The position numbers and the translations under genes were made by a program. Positions 13,644 to 23,204 of a stretch of DNA of 64,000 nt are shown here, one piece after another. Source of the stretch: an uncultured Phycisphaerales bacterium (GTDB lineage: Bacteria; Planctomycetota; Phycisphaerae; Tepidisphaerales; Tepidisphaeraceae); NCBI GenBank assembly GCA_963844715.1, contig CAWJPJ010000008.1, forward strand, positions 704,001 through 768,000, read 5' to 3'. The notes beneath the pieces are model-generated. The model saw nothing but the letters and a program-made list of their open reading frames with translations. It had not been told where the DNA came from and did no database searches. Positions within the stretch are counted from its first letter, which is position 1; every line of letters starts with the position of its first letter.

Positions 13644-14141
13644 TTGGCCCTTCGCAAGATCCACTATGAAGCCGCCTTCGAGGCGTTTTTGCGCGACCGC
13701 AAAATCCCCTACGTCGCGGTCGACGAAGCCAAGCGCGCCCTCTTCGCCAACGCCCGGCTCAAATCCTTCGATTTCGTCGTCTATAGCAAACAAGGCCCGA
13801 ACCTGCTGGTCGACGTGAAGGGAAGGAAGGGAAAAAAGCAGCCCGGGCGCGGGACCTTTGAAACCTGGACAACCGAGCGCGACGTCACCGATCTCATGCA
13901 ATGGGAAGAAGTCTTCGGCGACGATTTCAAGGCCGTATTGATGTTCGTCTATTGGATCGACGCCCCCCTTTCCCCCGAAACCGGCATGTTTGAATACCAA
14001 AACCGCTGGTATTGGCTCATGGGAATCGATCTTGGCGAATATCGCAATCACATGCGCCGGCGCAGCCCGAAATGGGAGACGGTTTGCCTGCCCGCCAAGG
14101 AATTTCGCTCGCTTGCCCGCCCGATGGAAAGCTGGTTATGA
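13644..14141 (+). CDS. HYExAFE family protein (PD-(D/E)XK nuclease-like)
   Basis: HYEAAFEAFLR..IPYVAVDE, LKSFDFVVY, LLVDVKGRK. Confidence 0.85.
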   Translation: MALRKIHYEAAFEAFLRDRKIPYVAVDEAKRALFANARLKSFDFVVYSKQGPNLLVDVKGRKGKKQPGRGTFETWTTERDVTDLMQWEEVFGDDFKAVLMFVYWIDAPLSPETGMFEYQNRWYWLMGIDLGEYRNHMRRRSPKWETVCLPAKEFRSLARPMESWL

Positions 14142-14375
14142 TGAGGAAGATGCGAAAGCTGGCACTGGCGGTCGTCTTTTTGTCCGTCGTGCTCACGCCT
14201 CTGGTGGGTTGGGCGGACGAGCCGGTCGTGGTGGATGGCCGCCTTGAATCTTTTGATCGCAACGTCACGCTCGCGCCAAGCGGAACCGCGGCTGCTTTGG
14301 ATTCTGATGTTCGTCCTGGCCGTGATCACCCTCATCCCCCTCTTCAAAAATGCGCGGCGATCTCACCTGGATTAA
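14138..14375 (+). CDS. Small membrane protein (signal peptide plus one TM helix); frameshift near 14290
   Basis: MMRKMRKLALAVVFL...DGRLESF...GTA then, in the shifted frame, LLWILMFVLAVITLIPLFKNARRSHLD*; ATGA overlap with the upstream stop. Confidence 0.6.
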
Positions 14376-14405
14376 TTCGTCTAAAACCCAAAACTGGAGG
14401 CACCG

Positions 14406-14693
14406 ATGAAGTCCAAATTGCTCTGGGGCTTGATAGGCCTCAACGCGGTCCTGGTGTTCATGCTGGCCGGAAATATTCGAACCCAACCGGCCGAGGCTCA
14501 AATCCACCGCCCGGCGGATTACCTGATGATCCCCTGCCAATTTCAGGAGGGAATCTCCGAGGGAGTCTGCATCGTCGACTCCACCAGCGGAATGCTGGGC
14601 GCAATCACCTATGACGATGGAAACCGGGTTCTGTCGGTCCAGCCGCCGATCAGCCTGACCAACGTTTTCAGCGCGGCTGCCCCGCAACGATAA
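14406..14693 (+). CDS. Small exported hypothetical protein
   Basis: GGAGG RBS; N-terminal hydrophobic anchor; DYLMI...VCIVDSTSGMLGAITYD. Confidence 0.7.
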   Translation: MKSKLLWGLIGLNAVLVFMLAGNIRTQPAEAQIHRPADYLMIPCQFQEGISEGVCIVDSTSGMLGAITYDDGNRVLSVQPPISLTNVFSAAAPQR

Positions 14694-14722
14694 ACCATTC
14701 ACTTTATTAACGAGATGAAATC

Positions 14723-14988
14723 ATGGACCGAAAACTTATCGCAATTTGCATGTTGAGCCTCAGTGCCATGGCGCTGATGATCGCGAACTTCAGCATTCCC
14801 GCCCAGGCGTCGACGACCACCAACAGTCGCGACTACCAGCTCTCGACCGCCCTGATGCAGAACGGCTCCGAAGGGCTCTACGTCCTGGATAACCGCACCG
14901 GCCTGATCGCGATCTTCACCTACGATTACAACACCCGCACGCTGCGCCGCGCGCCGTCCGTGCGGTCGCCGACGCGTTTAGACAATAA
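14723..14988 (+). CDS. Small exported hypothetical protein, paralog-like to the upstream gene; frameshift near 14950
   Basis: Signal peptide; DYQL...[18 protein letters not shown] resembles the upstream protein; the shifted frame ends [12 protein letters not shown]. Confidence 0.65.
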
Positions 14989-14995
14989 GAGGCCC

Positions 14996-16010
14996 ATGCA
15001 AGCCATCCGACACGACTGGACGAAACCTGAAATCCGCGACCTTTACGAGAAGGGCCTGCTCGATCTCGTCTTCAGCGCCGCCGCCTTGCATCGCAAGTTT
15101 CATGATCCCGCCGAAGTGCAGGTGTGCAAACTGATTTCGATCAAAACCGGCGCTTGCCCGGAGGATTGCGCGTATTGCGCAGTCTTCTCGATATCAAACC
15201 GAAGTTTCCGCGACCGGCCTCTTGCCTGCGCAGGAAGTGATGGAGATCGCCGCGCGGGCGAAGGCTTCCGGCGCCAGCCGGGTCTGCCTGGGCGCCGCCT
15301 GGCGCCAGGTGAAGGACAACGATCAGTTTGATCGCGTTTTGGAAATGGTCCGATCGATCACCGAAATGGACATGGAAGTCTGTTGCACGCTCGGGATGCT
15401 CACCGAGTCGCAGGCCAAGCGATTGGAAGAAGCCGGCCTCTACGCCTACAACCACAACATCGACACGTCCGAGGAGTTTTACGAAACGATCATCACCACC
15501 CGCAAATATGCCGACCGCTTGCGAACCCTCGAGCAGGTGCGAAAAACCAGCGTCACGGTTTGCAGCGGGGGGATCATCGGCATGGGCGAATCCGTCGAGG
15601 ATCGCATCGGCATGCTTCACACCCTGGCGACGATGAACCCGCATCCCGAATCCGTGCCCATCAACATCCTGGCCAAAGTCCCCGGCACTCCGCTCGCCGA
15701 CAAGCCCGAAGTGCCCATCTGGGAAACCGTGCGCATGATCGCGCTGGCCAGATTGCTGATGCCCGCCTCGGTCGTTCGCCTTTCGGCCGGGCGAGCCAAG
15801 CTGTCCGTCAGCGATCAGGCCCTCTGTTTCCTGGCCGGCGCCAACTCCATTTTTTCCAGCGACAACGGGCAAATGCTCACGATCGCCGTGCCCTCGCCCA
15901 AGTACGATGCGGATCTGGCCCTTTTGGATCTGCTCGGCTTGCATCCCCGCCCGGCTTTTAAGGATGAATCGGTAGACAGTTACGTCGACGCCGATGCCGC
16001 GAAGAAGTAA
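14996..16010 (+). CDS. bioB: Biotin synthase (frameshifts near 15180-15225)
   Basis: [20 protein letters not shown] radical-SAM motif, [43 protein letters not shown]. Confidence 0.95.
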
Positions 16011-16167
16011 TTAGGGGCCAACCCAATTTTGCAACGATTCGCTGCTGAAACTATCAAGTTCCACTCCGTCATTAAATCAGAAAAAGCTTGGGCTGGACCC
16101 GCCATTGGCGTTATTATCGGCCTCCCTGAATCGGGATCGTGGGTGATTCGCTTAGGAGGAAGAAACG

Positions 16168-17596
16168 ATGTTCTCAAATTATGTGTCGCGAGTTGGGCTG
16201 CCGCTTGCGAAGTTCTCCGTGATCGCCGCGGCTGCGTTCCTTCTTCCCGCGGGCCTGGTCTGGGCCGATCCGACTTTGCCGACGATTCCTTCGACCGTCT
16301 ATAACGTCACCGTTTCCAATTCGAGCATCAACGGCGGTGTCGCTGCCAGCGCGAGTTCCAGCGATAACTCCGCCGCGATCAACGCCTATATCGCCTTCGC
16401 CTCCGCCGGCGGCGGGGGCACCGTTGAAATTCCCGCCGGGACATTCAACACCAGCGAAATCACCATGGCCAGCAACGTCAATCTTCAAATCGACGCCGGG
16501 GGAGTTCTGTTCGACACCAATCCCGCCGCCACGCTCATTACCACACCGGGCACCACCACGAGCAATATCGAAATCAGCGGCGCCGGCGCCATCGACGGCG
16601 GGGCGACCACCGCCACCAGCGGCGCCGACCTGGTCATCCTCAAGAAAGTCACCAACCTGGAAGTGACCGGCGTAACAATAGAAAACGCGAGCCACGAACA
16701 CCTCGTCCCCGAAGAGGATTCGAACGTCACGATCAACCACATCACCATAGCCGACCCCGGCACCCTCACGGCCAACAGCGGGAATTATCTGGCCAACACC
16801 GACGGCATCGACTTCAGCGGAACCAATTTCCTCATCGAAAACAGCAGCATCAACGACGGCGATGACGACATCGTCGCCAAACCCGCTTCCACCGCGACAG
16901 CCAATGTCGTCATCAACAACGACACCATCGGCGCGGGCCACGGAATCTCCGTCGGCGGCGGGTCCGCCAAGGGCCTCTCCAACATGCTCGTTGAAAACAC
17001 CACCTTCAACGGCACGCAAAACGGAATCCGTATCAAGGCGGAGGACGCCTCCGGCGGCGACGCCGGCGGCGGCGTGATCGATCCGGTCACCGGCGTGACC
17101 TACGAAAACCTCACCATGACCGATGTGGAAAACCCGATCATCATTGACAGCTTCTACAACGGCAACAATAACTTCCCCACCAGCCCGACATCAGCGGCTT
17201 TCCTATCCCTCAACCCCCGGCGCACTGGATAGCACCAGCCCGGTCTTCGAAAACCTTCTTTTCAAAAACATCACCGCCACGGGTTCCGGCAACGGCGGAC
17301 AGATCTTCGGCCTCAATACCGATCCCTACAGCCTCTCCGGCCTGCAATTCGTGAACGTCAACATCAGCGCCGCCTCGGCGATGGAAATGTGGTACGCGGG
17401 CGACGTCGACATCGACGGCCTCGACGTCACGGTACCGAACACCGACCCCTTCGCCGACGCCAGCCCGTTCAACGGCGTTTCGCTCTTCAACGTGCAACTC
17501 GTTCCGCTGCCCGCCGCGGCGTGGATGGGAATGCCTATACTGGCGGGGCTGGCGGGGATGGAAATCCTCCGGCGGCGCAAGACGCGTCAGGCTTAG
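16168..17596 (+). CDS. GH28 polygalacturonase with C-terminal VPLPA/PEP-CTERM-type sorting signal; frameshift near 17200-17220
   Basis: GH28 motifs NTDGID, GDDDI, GHGISVG, GIRIK; C-terminus VPLPAAAWMGMPILAGLAGMEILRRRK. Confidence 0.85.
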
Positions 17597-17624
17597 ACGA
17601 AATAAATTCGGGATATCAATCGAA

Positions 17625-18301
17625 TCAGATTATCCGCGAGCCCGGCGCTCGGCGGATTCGCCGTCTGGCCAACAGCCCCGCGCACGCCAATCCAAACACC
17701 GAAACCGACGCCGGTTCCGGCACGGCGATTTCAATCCCATTCCCGGCTGTTCCCCCGGCCGTTTCGTCCAGCAGATAGGTCATGTCCAATTGCGTCGTGG
17801 TCGTGGACCAATGCCCATACCCGAAGGGTCCGGTCGGCCCATTGATGCCGACGAGGGAGATCGTGTCCGATCCGAGCCCGCTGACGTTTAGCAGCGACGA
17901 GCCGTTGACCTGCGTCCACGGATTTTGCGACGTGAGGATCGTGTCCTCAAAATTGGTGTAGGTTTCGGTGTTGTTGATCGTGATAAACTGCGGCTGGCTG
18001 AAGACCATCTGAACTTCCCACGTGTCGATCGAGGAGCCGGTGTCGGAGATTCCCATCAGCAACCCGCCGGTGGGGCTTTCGCTTCCTTGATTGCCCACGC
18101 CGGGAACGTATTGGCTGAGGGTCGCCGATCCGGCCACGGGGGAGGAAGCTTGTGAGACGGTAACGGTCCCGCCCGGATACGTGATATTGATGGGAAGCGA
18201 GGAAATGGAAGAAATCCCCGCGAAGTCGATCCAGGTTGTCGCGAACGCAGCGCGCACGCCAGTAAAACTGCCGGCAAAACAAACTTCAACGATAACCGCA
18301 C
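17625..18301 (-). CDS. PEP-CTERM protein (Ser/Thr/Gly-rich); frameshift near 18252
   Basis: GTG start after GGAGG with signal VRLSLKFVLPAVLLACA; C-terminal VPEPASVSVFGLACAGLLARRR. Confidence 0.8.
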
Positions 18302-18652
18302 CGATGCCTCCACCCTACTGGCCGATCAAACTGACGAAACTTCCCTTTCTTCGAAACACTCCGACTCGCTGCAAGAAAAGAATAGGGAGATGCCGCCGGC
18401 ATCCAACGTGAATTCGGCTGATAAATCGGGCGCGGTTAATTATTTTTTTACGTCCAAATTGCGACGAGCCATACCAGCATTGCGACAGGCGAATTCAGAA
18501 TCGCCCGCTCGTTCTCGGACGCATTTTTCAGACCTGATGGGCGGGGAATGTTTATTTTGCGCGCACGGCTGCCCGGCAAAGCGCAGGCGCGATGAGAATT
18601 TGGGAGATATGATTATTGCGGATCGTAGTTGATATAGCCCCGGCCCCTCACC

Positions 18653-19684
18653 CTAGAGCATTTCCCAAATTAAACTAGCGGCTGGCGGTAACCGCAATGG
18701 CGGAAAAATCCCGCGGCATCTTCGGTCGTAACGGCGTCCATTGCCGCGAACACAGCCCGGACCAAGGTGTCGAACGTTCTGGGCTCCGCCGAGCGGATCA
18801 GTTGCTTCGCTTTGCTCCACATCATCTCGATCGGATTCAAATCCGGCGAGTAGGGTGGCAGCAACCACAGTTCGCAGCCGGCGGCTTCGATCAGGCGTCG
18901 CACTTCTGAATGTTTGTGCGGCTGCAAATTGTCCATCACCACGATGTCCCCGCTTCGCAGGCTGGGCACGAGCGCTTCACGCACCCAGGCGACAAAAACA
19001 TCGCTGTCCATCGCCCCTTGAACAATCGCGCCGGCGGTCGCGCCGTCGAGCCGAACCGCGGCGATCATGGTGGTCGTGCTCCAGTGTCCGGCCGGGGTCT
19101 TGCACAACAACCGTTCGCCGCGGCCGCACCGGCCACGCAATCGGGTGAAGTTCGTCTTGGCCCCGGATTCATCCACAAAAACAAGACGCTCGGGATCGAC
19201 GTCCTTCAGCCGCCGACGCCACTGCGTCCGCGCGGCGGCGACGTCGGGCCGATCCTGCTCGGACGCGTGGAGAGACTTTTTTTAAAGGAGAGGCCCAGCT
19301 TCCTGAGCCAACGGTCGACCGTCGACAGCGACACGTCCAGCGCCAACTTCTCTTTGATCTCGTTGAGCGTGGCATCCGGCCGGGCGGCCACGAACCGACT
19401 CAAACGAGTCTTCAACTCGCCGGTCAACTTCCCCTTGCGGCCACGAAGATGAAGCAGCGGTTCGGCCGTCCCCCGTTCACGTTCATCCTGTCGCACGCGG
19501 CGGACGGCCGACTCGCATCGGCCGAAGATCGCGGAAATCTCCTTCGTGCCTTTGCCGGCACGATACGCCGACATGATCCATCGACGGGTCAGAGCGGTTT
19601 GCGATGCCATGGCAACCTCCTTGTTGAATCGGAGATTAGCAAAACAGCATCGATGGCGCTAGTTTAAAATGGGAAATGCTCTAG
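18653..19684 (-). mobile_element. IS630-family insertion sequence
   Basis: Terminal inverted repeats CTAGAGCATTTCCCA(AA/TT)TTAAACTAGCG at both ends, with CTAG (TA core) duplicated; encodes a DDE transposase. Confidence 0.92.
18670..19610 (-). CDS. IS630 transposase, two ORFs joined by a -1 frameshift
   Basis: orfA HTH (PDATLNEIKEKL..VSLSTVDRWLRKLGLSFKK), slippery A AAA AAG near 19276-19283; orfB LVFVDESG, VVMDNL..H, LPPYSPDLNPIE. Confidence 0.9.
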
Positions 19685-19856
19685 CCCTCTCCCCGAGTAC
19701 AGGGAGAGGGGAAAAGAGAGCGCACGGCTGCGCAACGAAGCGTGCTCGCGATGTGAACGTGGGAGATTTGAGCGGAACGCCTTCTGGCGGCACTAATCCG
19801 CGGTGACCATCGCCGGCATCGTGTCCGCCGCCGCGGCGGTTGTTGAGTCGTGCCAA

Positions 19857-22685
19857 TCACGGTGATGGTGTCGCCGCCAGGGCCGGCCTACTGAGACGTA
19901 CAGGTCGACCTGGCCGCCGTTGCTGTCGCCGTCGCTCGATTCCAGAGCCGCCGGCTCGGTGAAGTGGCGCAGACTTCATGCAGCCGGAGCCGGAATTCCC
20001 CGGATCGTTGGACGCGTCGCCGGAATTGTCCGTCGTCGCGTCGGCAAGGGGCGTTGCAGCCGGCAAAATTCCCCCGGACGTACTGGCCGCGACGATCGTG
20101 TTGATCCCATCGGAGCCGGCGACCTCGCCGAACGAATCGTCGGCGATGAACGTCACCAGTTCGCCTTGGGCGGAAGGATTCTGGAAGGTGAAAGTTATTG
20201 TCATCGTGGAGGTCCACATGCCGTCGATTTCCGTTTCGGTTCCGGTGACGTCGTAGTTGACCCCGCCGATGGTGAAGAAGCCGCCGGTTAAACCATCGTT
20301 GCCGCCGGGATTGGTGGCGGTTGCCGTGTAGGTGACCGGCGTGCCGACGATCGCCGAGGTGGGACCGGAGACGGTGACGAGCGGAACGCCGAGCACGGGC
20401 GCCGTCGGCGCGCTGGCCACAACACTGACGCTGTTTTTGCGCGGGCGTCGTGCCCAGCGAATCCGAGGCGCTGGCCGTCACGACATAGTTTCCCGGCGTC
20501 GCGTAGTCGTGAGTGAACGTGGCGCTGGCGGTGTAAACGCCATTGGACAATGTTTCGGAGGCAGTGATCGGCACGGAGGTTGACCCGTCCCCGAAATTCA
20601 TGCTGAATCCCGACAATTCATCAGCCGTGGTGTCCGTGCTTAGAACCGTGTAGGTCACCAGGCTCCCGACCGTCGCGGTCGTCGGCCCGCTGATCGTCAC
20701 GGTGGGCGGAATCGCGGCGACGATGGTGTTCACCCCGTTTGATGCGGCGACCTCGCCGAACGAATCAAAGGCGCTGAAAGTAACCATATCGCCGCCGGCG
20801 GATGGATTTTGATAGGTGTACGTTTCCGTCATGGTGGTGGTCCACACGCCGTTGACGTCCGTTTCGGTTCCCGGCGCGGTGAAGCTGCCGTCGCCGATGG
20901 TGAAGACCCCGGCGGTCAAACCGTCGTTGCCGGTTGGATTGGTGATGGTCGCCGTATAGGTGACGGGCGTGCCGACAATCGCCGACGTCGGGCCGGAGAC
21001 AATGATTTGCGGCGTGTCGAGCCCCGGCGCCGCCGGCGCGGAGGCGGCAACGCTGATGCTGTTTTCCGCCGGCGTCGTGCCCAGCGAATCGGAGGCGCTG
21101 GCGGTGACGACGTACGTTCCCGGCGTCGCATAGTCGTGGGTGAAGCTCACGCTGGCGGTATATATGCCGTCGGACAGGCTTTCGGACGCGGCAGCCGTCA
21201 CCGGAGTCGACCCGTCCCCGAAATCCAGCGTGAATCCCGATAGATCGTCGGCAGTGGTGTCGGTACTGGAAACCGTGTAGGTCACCGATGATCCGGTCGT
21301 CGCGGTCGTGGCGCCGGCGATAGTCACGGTCGGCGCGATGATGGTGGGCGGAGGCGTGGCGACGGGTGGAGGCGTGACGATCGGCGTTCCTTGATATTGA
21401 ATGGCGCCGATGTCGTAGCGGCCGCCAGTGGGGCGAGCGTCGCCGAGTAGATCGTTGCTTGGGGCATCGGTTGAAGTTCCCGCGCCGATGGCGGCGCTAC
21501 TGCCCGCGAGTTGGAAATCCCCACTGGTCGTGCCGCAAAGAGCGAGCCAATCGCGTCGCCGACATAGAGAGAATGCGTATCGAACCCCATCGCCTGCCAG
21601 TCGGAGAGGCTGATGTTGTTGGCGTAGCTTTCCCCGGTCGGGTCGATGCCGCTGGCGCCGAATATGTTGTAATCGCAACTCAGCCCGATCTGGCTGGCGG
21701 CGTCGATGCTGAGGCTGTCCTCCGCCGAGGACAGAATATTGTTGTAGATGCTGGTGTCGGCCGCACCGTCGAGGAGCGCGATTGCGGCGTAGCCGGAATC
21801 GCCCGTGCTGTTCACGTCAATCGTGTTGTTGACGATGATGTTTCCCGTCGACGGAAGCGCACCGTTGATCTGATAGAGCGCGATGCCGTTGCGCTGGGCA
21901 TCGTAAATGACGTTGTTCTCGATAATGCTGTCCTGGACGCCGTCGAAGTTAATGCTCGCCCCGGCGCCGGCGGCGTTGTCGTAAAAGGTATTGCCGTCGA
22001 TGACGAGGCCGCCGCCGTACCCGGGCCCGCCCTGGGTCGCGTCCTCATTGCATTCGAATCCGCAGGCATAGTTTCCGAAGAAAGTGCAGCCCTGAACGGT
22101 GTCGTCATTGCTGGAATTTCCGATATACGCCCCGTGCTGGACCTGGGTGTTGGAGAACGTGTCGTCCAGCAGTTCGGAATTGTTCATGAAACCGCCGAGG
22201 AAGCCCCAGTCGGCGCAGTCGTTGCATGTCGAGTTTTCAATGAGTATTCCGTTGACGTTGTTGTATGCTTCCCCGCCGGCCCAAATTCCTGCCCGCGCGC
22301 CATTGCTCCCCTCGACATCCGCGCCGTTGATGGTGACGTAACTGCATCCCGACAGGTCGATCTCGCCGTTGTTGGTTCCGGGCGTGCCGTCGATGACCGC
22401 GCCGGGGGCGAAATTGAAAGTAATCGGGTCCGAAGCGGTTCCGCTGGCCGATAACTGAAATCCCGAATAATCGCCCGCCGCCACCTGCACGACATCTCCC
22501 GCCTGGACCTGATCGGCCGCCTTTTGCAGCGTTGCCCAGGGAGCCGACGATCCGCCGGCGGCGGAATCGCTTCCCCCGGCCGATACAAAATAGGTGCTGA
22601 GAAGTTGCCGTTCCTCTAAAACTTCGAAGAGCGCGCGGCTGGTCATCTCGGCGGCAATGCCGCGAGAATGCGTGCGTCGTTTCAT
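19857..22685 (-). CDS. Secreted right-handed beta-helix protein with choice-of-anchor-Q-like segment and PKD/Ig-like repeats (copy 1); frameshifts near 21535 and 20440, degenerate tail
   Basis: LFEVLEERQLLS export motif; YFVSAGGSD..GGSSAPWATLQKAA..VQAGD; beta-helix repeats; DFQLAGSSAAIGAG...YDIGAIQY; DFGDGS PKD motifs. Confidence 0.8.
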
Positions 22686-22950
22686 TCTATCCTCCGCGGG
22701 AGGGATTGCGCTTGGGCATGCCACGGGAACAACCGTGTGGTTGCCATTCAGCGCAGAAATTCAAATTTCTGGGACCGACGCCGATGCAAAACCCTCTCGT
22801 CGTCGGTGTTTGGATGCCCTTACTCAGCCCTTATCGGACCGCAGAACTTTCCCTGTTCTGGCATGCTCGCCCAAGCCTCCGGGGCGATCGACCTTGAGTA
22901 ACCTGACCGTCTGCCCGTGTAGGCGCGCAGCCAAGCTAATACTTCCCAGA
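22686..22950 (-). promoter_or_regulatory. Conserved, structured 5' leader (copy 1), candidate cis-regulatory RNA
   Basis: About 250 nt homologous to 25485-25745, with preserved stems (UCGCCC/GGGCGA, CAGAAC/GUUCUG, ACCGACG/CGUCGGU, UGCGCU/AGCGCA) and divergent loops. Confidence 0.5.
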
Positions 22951-23204
22951 ATGGCAAGTACTTCGACAATTTCAACTAAAAAATATTTTATTAGAAAAAA
23001 ACTTCGTCGCTCAAATTCAGTTCGCGCGCTCTCACGATTGTTTATCGAGAATTTTTGATATTTCGAGTTAAGTTGGGGAATCCGAGTTGCTGCCGATTCG
23101 CGAGAAGATTTCGGCCGATAATTGCGCGGAACTAGCGGCGGATTAAAGGCGGCGCGAATTCCTGTTAACACTCTTTCGCGCCGCCTTTAACCTTATCTCA
23201 GACC

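Noticed and set aside
14723..15331. Secreted protein fused to the BioB N-terminus
   Set aside because: A frameshift near 14950 hides the stop at 14988; bioB starts at 14996.
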